A stretch of 64,000 nt of DNA. It comes from Octopus vulgaris. Lineage: Eukaryota. The stretch is taken from assembly GCA_951406725.2 (NCBI GenBank), contig OX597832.1:70804001-70868000 (forward strand), read 5' to 3'. Positions 15,577 to 28,980 of this stretch are shown here, in pieces. Numbering within the stretch: position 1 is the stretch's first letter; the number at the start of each line of letters is the position of its first letter. A model generated the notes under the pieces. It worked only from the letters and a program-made list of their open reading frames with translations. It was not told the origin of the DNA and ran no database searches. Made by a program: the position numbers and the translations under genes.

Positions 15577-15804
15577 CTATTCGGTGCAAGTACCTGTTCT
15601 TTTGCATCTCCGTATGTATGAATATATTTGTTCATATTTTTGTCTCTGCATTTAACAAAGTGTGTGCATGTGTATAGTGGATGCGGAGGATGGTTTTGGA
15701 GATGGTTCAAAGTGTATGCATGCGTATTCCTATGAATGCGAGATTTTTGTGAGACTGAGAATATGTGCGCAAACTTGTATGTATGTTTTAAGTATGTGTG
15801 AATG

Positions 15805-15818
15805 TGTGTGTATATATA

Positions 15819-15895
<77 letters not shown>

Positions 15896-16496
15896 TCTTG
15901 CAAGTATGTATGTATGTATGTATGTATGTATGTATGTATGTATGCATGTATGAATATGCTCGTAAATTCGTATGTATGTGCTTTTCTATACCGCTTAAAA
16001 TTTCTAATGTGTATTGAATGTACATATGCACACTTCTCTGTGTTTATGGATATATACATGCTTGCATCAATCTGATGATGTATATGTAAATACTATGCAT
16101 GTATTTATGCACACATGCCGTACGTATGGTTTGTGTATGGGCTTATATATGTATGCTTGTATGCATGCATGTGTGTATGTATAGATGGATGGATAGATGC
16201 TTGTAAGCATCTATCCATCCATCTATACATACACACATGCATGCATACAAGCATACATATATAAGCCCATACACAAACCATACGTACGGCATGTGTGCAT
16301 AAATACATGCATAGTAATTTACATATACATCATCAGATTGATGCAAGCATGTATATATCCATAAACACAGAGAAGTGTGCATATGTACATTCAATACACA
16401 TTAGAAATTTTAAGCGGTATAGAAAAGCACATACATACGAATTTACGAGCATATTCATACATGCATACATACATACATACATACATACTTGCAAGA

Positions 16497-16555
<59 letters not shown>

Positions 16556-16568
16556 TATATATACACAC
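15805..16568. repeat. Near-perfect inverted repeat (arms about 365-400 bp, centre 16203/16204)
   Basis: ...gatggatagatgctt|gt|aagcatctatccatc...; mirrored ORFs in the track. Confidence 0.9.
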
Positions 16569-17699
16569 AGTATATCTCTAGGTGTATACTTCGTGTGTAT
16601 CTGAACGTCCGCCACAGGAATTGTAAACGAATATGTTTCCCTAGCTTTAAGATTGTTTGTTTAAGCAAAATTTTTCTAGGATAATTTGAAAGCAATAAGT
16701 AAACATATTGTGTTATTTTCTGAAAATTGGTTTGAACAAGACGAATGTCTTACAAGTAGTCATTTATTTATTCCTTTGTTTTATTTATTTTGTAATTTAT
16801 TTTTGTATTTTAACCTTTATTTTGAAAACTAAATGCAACAGACAGGAGGATGAAATATATCCGACATGTGACTATGTATGTATGATGTATGTGTGAGTGT
16901 GTATGTGTGTGTGTATAATATATATACCGAGAACATCATCATGGTTATCATGATGGTTTGTCTAGTTTCATAGAATAACATAGAATCCTCGCCAAACTGC
17001 TTTCTCTGCCTCTGTCTTTCCTGTTTGAATGCCTGTATGTATTTATCTCTTTGTGCCTCTTGAAGCAATTGGCAATATATGGAATAAATGGCGGCATTCT
17101 TTACCGTCACGGACGTTATGGATGTTCAAATTTTGCCTAGTTCAATAAATAATAAAGTACCAGTTGAAAACTGAAGTCGAGTTTAGTGACGAGAAGTGAG
17201 TAGATGGCTAAGGCATAATGGTTTTTCAAGGCAAGCGCTGAATGGAAGACTAGAGGAGATAAAATAAATTACACCAGAGGATCATCTTAGAGTAATCGGT
17301 TAAAATGAACGGAGGCTGACAGACATGCCGTGGATCCAAGTGCAAAGAAAAGCAACGGATGTTTACTGTAGAGGAGAAACCTGTTTCACTGAACGGCTAT
17401 CATGATGACGACTACGACAATGGTGGTGGTCGTCGCCGTTGTAGGAGTGGTGGTCATCGTGGTGAAGTGGTGGTGGTTGTGGTGATTATGTTGATTGTTA
17501 TGGTTTGTGATTGTGATGATATATTGATGTGTGTTGTATGAGGTGGCCGTTTAGCGAGACACTGAATAACGTGAGGTTTTGCATTATGAGGTTGTTAAGC
17601 GGAACACTAAGCTGGTTTGGTGCTGTGATAATATTTAGGATAAAGTGAGGCACTGTACAATCCTGTATATTTTGTTATGTCTCGTTATATTGTGATTGT

Positions 17700-19050
17700 A
17701 TTGTATTTTATGGAACATTGTGGTGTTGTTATATATAAATATTATAGAGAAGTGTTTATTGACAAACAATGTTAATCTGTAACAGATTAATCTTGCCCAA
17801 AATGAAACATGGGAAACGGTACGAAATGAAGAAAGAGCAAACACCTCAAAGCAAGAGACACAACAATCAATTTAGCCTAAGCAGTATAGAAAGCCTGAGC
17901 AGTATTTGTAACACAAAATGTATTTTCTGCTTCCCGTGACGCGAGAAAATAACCAAAACCGCCGCAGAGTTGCAGAAGTGCTGTTGTACAGGCTGAAGTT
18001 ATGGCCGTAAAGATCAGTTATTGATCAACAAAGCCATAACTGAGGACATTTAGGTAGAAAAAGAATATAATAAATTGATTGCAAGAAATCTTTTGACAGT
18101 GGCTCCCTCTGGTGAATTGCAGAAACATTAGCCAAGAGGAAGATAACACCAATAACAAGCAAGTTACGTCATGCATGCCACAAATAAATGAAACACAAAT
18201 TTATAGATGCAAAGCAAAAGAAAAATGGTTATAGATAGATAAACGATTTGTATTAGATGAGAGATGTTCTCACGAGACTGCTTTTTCGCCGCTCCTTTTC
18301 TGTCTGGTGCTAACGTATTTAAAAGACACAATACGGATATGGATCGAGATCACAATCGACCATCTCTGATGAATGGAATGGCTTGGAGCTCTACTGCAGA
18401 TGACAAATAATTGGAACCATTGATATATATGCTGCACAGATTGAGTGAGAAAACTGGCATGGAAATCGGTTTGGACGAATTTGCGCCAAGGCAATCTTGA
18501 AGACAGGCCAATTAATAGAAGAGAAAACAGTAATATTAAGTTAGATAAAGAAACCGAGATAAGATCACTGGAATAAATACTTGTTTAGTGTAGAAACACA
18601 AGTCTTACATGGAGAAATGAAAGAAAATTATAAACATTCTTATATACTGAAGTAAATTTTAAAATCAATGGAATAGGTAGGAAAAAAATTAGTTATTCCA
18701 GTTATAAGCTACTACTACAATATTGTCAGCATGAAGTTCTATGAATATGAGAATAGTGGAAGATAAACGAGGAATCTATTGACACTAAAAGCTTATTTTT
18801 ACCATGAACACTTAATAGAAATGGTCTTAAGAGAAAATTATTAAGAAATATTTAATATCTGACATTAACAACTCCAGTAAAATATAAGAAGTAACTAATA
18901 TAATAACTACAATTTATTAATACCACCCAAAAATATTTTCCACTTTCAGAATAATTAGTAAAAAATAGAGAAAGAACAGAATTTCAACGAAAAACTTGAG
19001 GGGAAACTAAATATTAGAGCATGGCGTTATGTAAAGGTATGAGGAGAGGA
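17700..19050 (+). mobile_element. Highly decayed R4/Dong-like non-LTR RT fragment
   Basis: Fragments DCFFA/SPLLFCLVL, IDHL, TGMEIGLDE and HGV/RY echo the GDSLSPLLFCLAL...HLLYMDD...MEFGLDKC motifs; many indels; boundaries approximate. Confidence 0.5.
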
Positions 19051-19124
19051 ATGTACACAAAGATGTACACAAAGCTAGATACACTGTCTATCTATTTATC
19101 TATCTACCTATATACATATGTACA

Positions 19125-19170
<46 letters not shown>

Positions 19171-19281
19171 GGTGGGTGTGTCTATGTATGTATATATATA
19201 TGTGTGTATGTATATATGTATATATATGTATGTATACAGAAAAGCAAAAGACGAAGAAGACAGGTATATAAACAATATATA

Positions 19282-19317
<36 letters not shown>

Positions 19318-19318
<1 letters not shown>

Positions 19319-20858
19319 CGTAGGGCTCACCACTTCACCCTACGTGGATACCCCCTCACCACTATCCACACCGCCCTTGCCAGAGCACGGTCCGTGGACC
19401 GTGTAACTGCTCTCTCTCCCCGAACCCGCCCTGTAGTCTCCCGCCTCCCTTTTCCCCTCACTTACCACCCCACGACCCTACCTCTCCAACGCACCATTCT
19501 TCGAGCTTTCCGTCATCTCCAGTCCGACCCGTCCACTTCACACCTCTTCCCTAACCGACCCCTCCCCTCTTTCAAACGAGCCCACAACTTTCGAGACCTT
19601 TTGGTCTATAGCTCCTTCCCTGACCCTACCTCCCAACCCGGCTCGTTCCCCTGCTCCCGCCCACGTTGCCGCACTTGCCCTTACCTCTCCAACACCACCC
19701 TCCTCACTAGCACCCATCATCGACCCTATCCCATCATCCACTCCTTCACCTGCACCTCCAGCAATATTATCTATTGCGTCTCTTGCTCTCTCTGCCATTC
19801 CTTGTACATCGGACAAACGGGACGCCGCTTGGCTGACCGGTTCGCGGAACACCTTCGTGACATCCACCTTGCGAACGACACACCGGTCTCACGCCATTTC
19901 CGCTCCACGGTCACTCCTTGCAACACCTATCTGTGTTCAGTTTGTCCCAACACAGAGGCCATCCGGATTCCCGTTTGCGCCGTGAACAGGAATTAATCTT
20001 CTCTCTTCGCTCTTATACGCCATTTGGTCTCAACTCTCCCCCCCTCCTCATCTAACCCTTCTCCCTCCCCTCCTCACCTACCTTTCCCCCCCGACCCCTA
20101 CTTCTTCAGTCCTTCATCCTTTCATCCCTACTCCCCTTCCCTTCTTCCCTCTTTCTCCCTCCTTCCCTCACTCCCCTTCTCTCTCCCCCTCTCCCTCTTT
20201 CCTCCTTCCTCCTCCCCTCCTCCTCCCCTCCCCCTCTACTCCTCTCTCCACACTACACCACACGACTTTACACATCACATCATATATGATGTGCCATTTA
20301 ATACATACACCAACTAATACATACTAATACGTACTAATACATACTAATACATACACCAACCCTATACATACACACGTCCAGACCTCTCATACGCACTTAT
20401 ACTCTCTCATACACACACCCTTATACATACTAATACGTACTAATACATACTAATACATACTAATACATACACCAGCCCTATACATACACACGTCCAGACC
20501 TCTCATACGCACTAATACTCTCTCATACACACACACACACCCTTATGTTGGAGCCGGTCATTCAACCCTATTATCAACCCTATTATCTCCCCTTATTTCG
20601 TTCTCGCGTCTCATGTTTGATCTTTGACCTCTGGCCGAAATCAGATCGCCATGTTGATTCGTTAGTTACTGCACTCATTTTTTTCTCTCCTTCTTTCTGT
20701 GTTTTTTTTTCTCTCTGTGTATCTTTCTGTTGAAGGGCGTAGGCTCGAAACGTTAAAGACTTGTTTTATTTATATTTCCTGAGCGCCATACTAATACAAT
20801 TGTTTGTTTGTTTTCCACCTGCCTTCGTCTTTTGTCTATTTTCATAAAGCTTCCCGTT
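19318..20858 (+). mobile_element. Penelope-like element 3' part (family A): Cys linker, GIY-YIG, C-rich 3' UTR, hammerhead-like motif, (TA)n
   Basis: ORF 19394-19996: PLTYHP, CSRPRCRTCPYL, FTCTSSNIIYCVSCSLCHSLYIGQTGRRLADRFAEHLRDI. Confidence 0.9.
20722..20759 (+). ncRNA. Minimal type-I hammerhead-like motif (core CUGUUGA plus extra A)
   Basis: TCTTT-CTGTTGA-A-GGGC gtag GCTC-GAAA-CG-TT-AAAGA. Confidence 0.5.
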
Positions 20859-20876
20859 ATATATATATATATATGT

Positions 20877-21461
20877 ATAAGGATGAAAAGGAACACACGA
20901 GTTGATATATATGAAAAAACAAGTCAAGATTGAAAATGGTAAAATAATTTTATAAAGAACATTTCAGTACCGGTTTCAGTCATTTTGAGACCTTTTCAAC
21001 TGTAACGATTAAATAATTAAATTTAGAAAAATTAAAAGAAACATTTTTTTTAAAGAATATTTGTATAGTGTTCAAATATAAGTGGCATTTTCCTTGTTTC
21101 TGCCTTTCTCTGTCTCTCTTGTTTACACTTGTGGGTTCGAGGTCATTGTGAAGTCTTGGTAGGGAAGAAGAAGAAGAAGAAGAAGAAGAAGAAGAAGAAG
21201 AAGAAGAAGAAGAAGAAGAAGAAGAAGAAGAAGAAGAAGAAGAAGAAGAAGAAGAAGGGGGGGAGTGCCTTGATTGTCGTATTTTGAGTGGTCAGTGGCG
21301 GCTAGCAGCTGCTGTTCAATTCATGAGAATATTTCTATTGAAAGGTTTGTTTATAGAATTTGCGTAGGTGTTATACTAAAAAGCATTAGTGATAAAGTTA
21401 GGAAGTAGAAGGAGGAGAAGAAGAGGAGGAGGAAAAAGACGAAGAAGAAGAAGAAGAAGAA

Positions 21462-21508
<47 letters not shown>

Positions 21509-22350
21509 CGATGATGATGAGGATAATGATGATGATGATGATGAGGATAATGATGATGATGATGAACAAGAAGAAGAAGAAGCAAAAGAAGAAGAAGAAG
21601 AAGAAGAAGAAGAAGAAGAAGAAGAAGAAGAAGAAGAAGAAGAAGAAAGAGAATGGAGAATATGAATGAGTGGAAGTAGTGAGGTGTTGTATGACTTAAA
21701 GTTGGCACGTTATGGGTTATAGCTGTGATTGAGGCTGATTTTTAATGGATTCTTAGGAATGTAATATTTGCGTGTGTATTTGTGTTATTCTAAAGCCGAG
21801 GTGGATATATCGTTTTGCGTAGATCCGTTCAGAAGAGGTCTGTATTTTGTAAGAAAGAGAGTTTCTTTACTTATTCGTTGGCTCGAGGTTGTATCGTCCC
21901 TGAATTGGTAGAGGGGGAAAATCCTGAAGCTTGGTGTTTTGTTGTTGGCGCAAATATCTATGTGTTGGCTGAATGCTATTTTTCTGTTTTGGGGAATTTT
22001 TATCTGGTATCTGTGCAGGGCCATTCTTTTACGCAAACTATTTTTTGTTTGGCCTATGTATTGCTCTTGACACCCAGAGTAGGTTAGTGTGTATATCAGG
22101 TTCTCCGAAGCACATGTGAAGTTGCTTTCCACCGTGAACCGTTGTCCCTGTTTGAAGGAGAACTCTGATCCCTCAATTAGATAATCGCATATCCCGCAAT
22201 TGGGTCTTCCACATCTTTTTTGCTGTCGGCTTCTGTGTTGATGAGCGTATTCGGGCTTGTGTTAGGAGATTTTCATAGATTTAGGCTGTCTCTTGCTTTT
22301 TATGATCGTGTGTGTTTGGAGGATTATCTTCATTCTGTGGTCTTTTTTTA
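20877..22350 (-). mobile_element. Penelope-like element 3' part (family B): GIY-YIG plus 3' UTR with hammerhead
   Basis: IIKSKRQPKS, CGRPNCGICDYL, FTCASENLIYTLTYSGCQEQYIGQTKNSLRKRMALHR; UTR interrupted by (GAA)n/(GAT)n. Confidence 0.85.
20960..21007 (-). ncRNA. Type-I hammerhead motif with U3-A8 core
   Basis: CGTTACAG-TTGAAAA-GGTC tcaaaat GACT-GAAA-CCGG-TA-CTGAAATG. Confidence 0.7.
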
Positions 22351-22826
22351 GCAGTGGCATCCCACACCCCAACCTCGCATCCCCACACCCCAACACCACA
22401 AAACCACACCACCACAGCATCCCGCACACTAGCACTAGCCACTTCCCAGCATCCACACAGCCACACATTACAGACGCACAAACGCACGCACACATCAACA
22501 CGTCAAAGTCACCAGCCCCTATCTACACGCACACACTCTTATATACATACTCACGCGCATCTTCGTTTTGGGATCACTAATAATTTATTATCTCCCCTTC
22601 TTACTAGCTCTCCAGTCTAACTACCTCTGTCCAGCCAGCCGCCATGATTGACTGCTAGCCCCTAAAGCTTTTTTTCTCTCCCTGTTTATTTTCTGCGTTC
22701 CTCTCTGTTGAAGAGCGTAGGCTCGAAACGTAAAAGACTTTCTCACCTTCCCGAGCGTTAAACTAATACAGCTGTTTATTGTTTATATACCTGTCTTCGT
22801 CTTTTGTTTTCCTGTAAATTCCAACT
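22350..22826 (+). mobile_element. Second 3' tail of PLE family A, with hammerhead-like motif at 22697-22738
   Basis: ctgttgaagagcgtaggctcgaaacgtaaaagac...cctgtcttcgtcttttg matches 20727-20835; ends at (TA)n. Confidence 0.75.
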
Positions 22827-22857
22827 ATATTATATATATATAGAGAGAGAGAAGAGA

Positions 22858-22922
<65 letters not shown>

Positions 22923-22939
22923 CAGAGACAGAGAGAGAC

Positions 22940-22970
<31 letters not shown>

Positions 22971-22984
22971 CAGAGAGACAGAGA

Positions 22985-24003
22985 GACAAGAGACACAAAG
23001 ACACATACACTCACACCATATATACGCACACACACGCCACACAGATACAGCCAACAGACATCGACACACATACGAACAAACACATACACACAAACGCACA
23101 CGCAACACACTAACAAACATTAACCACACACATACACACACACAAACACATGTATACATATATATACACACACAAATACACACACACTCACACCATTCTG
23201 ACCTCATACAGACACACATATACACAGGCAGCACCATGCCAAATGCCCATCACACACATACATACACACACACAAACACACACACACACACACACACACA
23301 CAACACCAAGACAATCACACAAACGGTTGACAAACGGGCACACATATACACACACCATCCTACCAGATTTTACAAACACACAGACACATCTATTCACACC
23401 ACATATGTTTATACACACACACAAAGACACACACACTCAAACCATCCTGACTTCTAAAGCCAAACCCCCAAATCATTGATGCTTGAAGGAGAGACAAAAA
23501 GGAGAAATTCTTTTCAGTTCCACATTACTCCTCTTTCCCCCCACCCAAACACACCTACAGTGTCCCTTGAAATAGATAATATTATTTTACGTTAACATGG
23601 TGGACAGGTCAGTTTTAGCTTCCCTACTATTATAATGTAAACCTTTTTGAACTCATAATATTCTGTGTGTGTATACTAATATTCCACTGAACTTTTTAAT
23701 AATTCCTTCTGGAAATTATCGTTAACATTTTTCTTGAGATTGATTATTTATGTTGTAATCTTTTGTGCCCAATATTTTAAGGAACTTGTTAAACTTTTTT
23801 ATGTCCTTAACATGTCCTTGTTACCAAAGACTGTATATATGCAATGTAGCATTTTGTAACAACCAATAATTAACGCAACCAAACTTCTACATGTTACTTT
23901 TGACAATCTTTTTCCAAAGAGTGAAATCGGTAAAGTAAATAAACATCTTTTAAAATTGCTTTTCAAACCTTCTTCCGTATATATTTCCACTCGTGCGGTA
24001 CCC
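22985..24003 (+). mobile_element. PLE 3' UTR/pseudo-LTR (family C): CA-rich repeats plus unique tail with hammerhead
   Basis: Inverted homolog of 37387-39470; ends at (TA)n; terminal atatat..actcgtg motif shared with family B. Confidence 0.7.
23894..23938 (+). ncRNA. Type-I hammerhead motif with U3-A8 core
   Basis: TTACTT-TTGACAA-TCTTTT tcca AAGAGT-GAAA-TCGG-TA-AAGTAA. Confidence 0.65.
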
Positions 24004-25093
24004 TACAACTCCACTTTATGATAGATATATATATATATATATATATATATTGTTTAATGAATGCAGTATATCTATTTTGGGGGGCTACTAATAGTTTCAT
24101 ACGATGAAAACTACAGAGACAATATTTTATAACACTTTGGTGCCCTCATGTAATCTTCAGACTCTGTGTGTGTGTGTGTGTGTTTGTGTGTTTGTGTGTG
24201 TTTGTGTGTATGTATGTATGTATTTTGTTTAGGGCTGGAAGTAAATTCTTTAAAAAAGTAGGACATCGAAGATCCACCTGAAATTGTCGAAGCCACAAAG
24301 TGAAGCAGAAAATGCAACAACAGAGAATTTGCAAAAGGATTCTTCTAAAAGCTAAGAATGGCTGCTGACTGTCAGAAAAGGAATGGTTCAACGTGTAATC
24401 TTGCCGAAAACTGCAAGGTGCAATTTTGAACACCCGCTCGTGGTAATACTGCTGAGATTGTTATTGTTTTTCTTACTAATCATTCTGGTTGTTGTTTAAT
24501 AACTTCCGTCAGAGGAGAAAGAACTACTCTCATCCTCTTTCTCATTTCCACTATGCCGGATTGTAAGAAGCAAATTCCTCGCTCGCCTCTAATAAAATAA
24601 CAATGTCGTGATGTCCCAAGCTGCAGATTCAGAGAAAGAAAAAAATCGTATTCTACCTGCACCCCGTTCATGGTTAATATATTTATCGACACCGAAATGG
24701 AAAAGTTGATCGCTAAGGAATTTGAACACAGAGAGCTGGAACTTAGAACAAATACAGCAAGTAATACTACGCGACTCTCCAGATATTCTACGAATACATT
24801 CATTGCATGAAAGTAGAATTTTATCAATGAGAATTTAGAGATGGGCCCAGCTTAATGAATAATTTTCATTAAAAATATTGAATTATATCAATACTTATGT
24901 ATAAACAATGTGTGTACATGCTTGAACAGGTGCGTGTGTATGTCCATATGAATTCATATATACGCCAGTGTATGTAAACATGTCTATGTATATGTGTGTA
25001 TATGTGTGTATGTATGTTTATACATACATGCATACATATATATATATATAAACATTGACATATGTATGTCTCTGCATATATATATATATGTAT

Positions 25094-25127
<34 letters not shown>

Positions 25128-25223
25128 ATAAAACGGTAAGATAACAAAAGAAAGAAAGAGACCTCAATATTATGTAAATAGAGGAAATTTATCTATACAA
25201 TATGTTACATTACTCGGTAGTCA

Positions 25224-25286
25224 AGATAAAACTCTGAGTTTCAGATGCCGAAGTGGAAATCCACAACACCATCTCTTCGGTTATCT
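25224..25286 (-). ncRNA. Hammerhead-like motif (core CCGAAGA) in the Naiad 3' UTR
   Basis: Mirror copy of 27803-27865. Confidence 0.6.
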
Positions 25287-25480
25287 GGCTATTTGAAAAC
25301 GTTATGAAAAAATACCGTTAAAAATGAAGGGAAATTACTCTGTTATAACTCTGCTTTGCCTGCGTACTTATACATCGCTCGCATTTTTCGTCATAAAAAT
25401 TATATAAAAATACATAAAAATATATAAAAATATATAAAAATATATAAAATCTTCTTGGGACATAACACAGAAAGCATGTT

Positions 25481-26905
25481 CTATCCGTTTTCTTTAGGGG
25501 AACAAAAACGTAACAGAAATTTAGTCACATGTGGGCATGATCCGAAAAGCTCTGTCCTTGTATTTAGACATGTGGTAGGGTCTAAGCTGCTTTTCCAGAT
25601 AAGCCATCTCTCCATGTCGCATAAACCGCACCTTCCGCTGCCGTTAGTATAGGGCTTACATCTGGCCAAAATCTTCCATTGTATGTTATAATCGACACCT
25701 TTATCTCTTAAAGACCAAATATGATTGGATAATTGTGTCGCTTTTCTTTTGTTCCAGTGCCTAAAGCCCAAAGTGTGGTTATTGAACCTGGCCTTGAAAT
25801 TACCCTCTGTCAGGCCCACGTATTTCTTCGTCGAAACGGTGTCTTTAGTGGTTATAGAGTTTACAGTAGCTTCATATATGATGGTCTTGGACATGCAAGC
25901 TCCATTTAGCGGGCACAATTCTTTATTCCTGCATGAACAGCTGTTTTCTTCTTGTGTTTTTTGTATGTTATGATTGATTATGTTTTTAAAATTGGTAGTT
26001 GAACTAAAACTAATTTTTAAATTGTGTCTATTGAAGAGTTTCCTATAAGCATGGTTAACTGGAAAATGTCTATATATCAGTGCTAGGAAATATTTACCTA
26101 TATTGAAGGCCACCTCGGGTGAGTAAGTAAACCAGATGACCTTCCTATTTCTATTATTCCTTTTCCTTATTGTTGGGCTGGTGATAGGTGTATATTTTAT
26201 TTTTTCGCTAAAACCACTATCTTTTAAAGCTTTATTATAAACTGGGGCAACGCTATTGAAGATGTCCTCATTAGATGAGAGGCTAGAAATCCTCTTACTA
26301 ATATTTTTAACTAAATTTTTGAATACTATAGGGGGATGGCATGAACCTACATTAATATAACTTAGTCTATCATTGGGCTTCCTATAAGGCTTATAAATAT
26401 TATTATTAAGATCTAAGGAAACGTCTAAGAAATTGACAACCGTCAGGTTAGTGTCTATAGTTATACTAAGTCCGAAGTGTTTCATTAACTGGATAATATC
26501 CTTCCTAAAACGATCTTGTGCTGGTCCATTTGTATTAGCTGTTAAGGCGAGGGCATCATCTTTGTAGATGGCGAAATGTACGTTAGGGAATGTCTTACTG
26601 AAGGTATCTAGGAGAAAGAGTCCAATTAGATCACAGATGCCTGCCCCATCATATGAACCCATGCTCACATCGAAAGCGCCCTCCGTGTCGGTGTTTTTTA
26701 CCCACTTTGCATTCTCGCTGAAAAGTAATGTCTTTCTAGCATGGAAGATTATATCCTTATCATTGGTACTAATTTCTATGAAGTCACTAGCGAAGATTAG
26801 GGCTTTATCTAGCAGTTCTTTAGAGATAGAGGCATAAAAATCAACAATATCGAATTGTGTAAACCTCGCTTTTTTCTTATTCTTAATAGCTTTAAACCAG
26901 TCTAG
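25481..26905 (-). CDS. PLE reverse transcriptase + GIY-YIG endonuclease (open but N-terminally truncated)
   Basis: FDIVDFYASI, FDVSMGSYDGAGICDLIG, IYKDDAL, NFLDV, YKPYRKPN, CSCRNKELCPLNGAC, IIYEA...YVGLTEGNFKARFNNH, CGLC. Confidence 0.9.
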   Translation of the reverse strand, partial: LDWFKAIKNKKKARFTQFDIVDFYASISKELLDKALIFASDFIEISTNDKDIIFHARKTLLFSENAKWVKNTDTEGAFDVSMGSYDGAGICDLIGLFLLDTFSKTFPNVHFAIYKDDALALTANTNGPAQDRFRKDIIQLMKHFGLSITIDTNLTVVNFLDVSLDLNNNIYKPYRKPNDRLSYINVGSCHPPIVFKNLVKNISKRISSLSSNEDIFNSVAPVYNKALKDSGFSEKIKYTPITSPTIRKRNNRNRKVIWFTYSPEVAFNIGKYFLALIYRHFPVNHAYRKLFNRHNLKISFSSTTNFKNIINHNIQKTQEENSCSCRNKELCPLNGACMSKTIIYEATVNSITTKDTVSTKKYVGLTEGNFKARFNNHTLGFRHWNKRKATQLSNHIWSLRDKGVDYNIQWKILARCKPYTNGSGRCGLCDMERWLIWKSSLDPTTCLNTRTELFGSCPHVTKFLLRFCSPKENG

Positions 26906-27802
26906 CCCAACAATAAGGAAAAGGAATAATAGAAATAGGAAGGTCATCTGGTTTACGCCCCCTTACTCACCCGAGGTGGCCTTCAATATAGGTAAATATT
27001 TCCTAGCACTGATAGATAGACATTTTCCAGTTAACCATGCTTATAGGAAACTCTTCAATAGACACAATTTAAAAATTAGTTTTAGTTCAACTACCAATTT
27101 TAAAAACATAATCAATCATAACATACAAAAAACACAAGAAGAAAACAGCTGTTCATGCAGGAATAAAGAATTGTGCCCGCTAAATGGAGCTTGCATGTCC
27201 AAGACCATCATATATGAAGCTACCGTAAACTCTATAACCACTAAAGACACCGTTTCGACGAAGAAATACGTGGGCCTGACAGAGGGTAATTTCAAGGCCA
27301 GGTTCAATAACCACACTTTGAGCTTTAGGCACTGGAACAAAAGAAAAGCGACACAATTATCCAATCATATTTGGTCTTTAAGAGATAAAGGTGTCGATTA
27401 TAACATACAATGGAAGATTTTGGCCAGATGTAAGCCCTATACTAACGGCAGCGGAAGGTGCGGTTTATGCGACATGGAGAGATGGCTTATCTGGAAAAGC
27501 AGCTTAGACCCTACCACATGTCTAAATACAAGGACAGAGCTTTTCGGATCATGCCCACATGTGACTAAATTTCTGTTACGTTTTTGGTCCCCTAAAGAAA
27601 ACGGATAGAACATGCTTTCTGTGTTATGTCCCAAGAAGATTTTATATATTTTTATATATTTTTATATATTTTTATGTATTTTTATATAATTTTTATGACG
27701 AAAAATGCGAGCGATGTATAAGTACGCAGGCAAAGCAGAGTTATAACAGAGTAATTTCCCTTCATTTTTAACGGTATTTTTTCATAACGTTTTCAAATAG
27801 CC

Positions 27803-27865
27803 AGATAACCGAAGAGATGGTGTTGTGGATTTCCACTTCGGCATCTGAAACTCAGAGTTTTATCT
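27803..27865 (+). ncRNA. Hammerhead-like motif (core CCGAAGA) in the inverted pseudo-LTR
   Basis: AGATAA-CCGAAGA-GATG...CATC-T-GAAA-CTCaGAG-TT-TTATCT. Confidence 0.6.
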
Positions 27866-27894
27866 TGACTACCGAGTAATGTAACATATTGTAT

Positions 27895-28012
<118 letters not shown>

Positions 28013-28488
28013 GTACATACATATATTCATATATGTATATTTCCATACAAATATGTGCATATACATATACGCACGCACTCTCCCGCGTGCGTGTGTGTGT
28101 GTTATCACTAGGCAAGCGTAGGCCTACCTAATTTTCCAAAACCCAAAAACAAAGCAACTTAAATCTACTTTTATTCATTAAATGTAGAAAAGGTAATGAA
28201 GGCCATAGAGTACAAATGCCAAGTTGAACCTCGTATCCTCCACTTTGCCTTTCGCCCTCATTAATTTACAGTTAAAATATTTCACATTAAAGAAACCAAT
28301 TACCAAATTGATTTATGAAACATGAACGGAATTATAGAAATATATAACAGAAATAGAGTTTGCAATTATTATGCATTTTTCCTATACACATATACGTGTC
28401 TGTGTGTCTCCGTATAGTATCTGTCTCTGTGTACATATACATACATCAATACATGTATATACATGTATACACACACACACACACACAC

Positions 28489-28585
<97 letters not shown>

Positions 28586-28586
<1 letters not shown>

Positions 28587-28980
28587 TAGCAGTATCGCCC
28601 GGCGTTGCTCGGGTTTGTAAGGGAAATAATTATATAAGCATTTTTAGAGATGTAAAGTATAATAGCCATCTCAATATGGCTAACCACAAAGGGGGAGGGG
28701 TGTTACTGTAGCTTTTTACGTTCTTAGATTTAATAATAAATTTTAGAGAGATACTTCCCTTATATATGTCAAAAATGGATTAAAAATGGGAAAAATTGAT
28801 GGTAAATTTTTTTTTAAATCGTAGACTCATCGTAGACGCGCGCTAATACCCAGACGGTCTCGATATGAATCACGACTATAAGATACCCGGTTTTGGTTAA
28901 ACTGCACCGCAAAATGTGGGAGTAGTTAGGAATCTAAATCGTAGGAGACAGACACACAACCTCACTTTTATATATAAAGA
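28586..28980 (-). mobile_element. Non-autonomous Helitron
   Basis: Minus strand begins 5'-TCTTTATATATAAAAG and ends with hairpin CCCGAGCAACGCCGGG followed by CTAG; inserted between A and T, no TSD. Confidence 0.8.

Noticed and set aside
24050-24850. Possible ancient mariner remnants (also 57820-58450) and LINE-like traces at 56030-57130
   Set aside because: Too decayed to support by eye; a profile search is needed
26905-26947. Hydrophobic N-terminus MTFLFLLFLFLIVG of the 488-aa ORF, resembling a signal peptide
   Set aside because: It is the antisense read of the inverted pseudo-LTR across the junction
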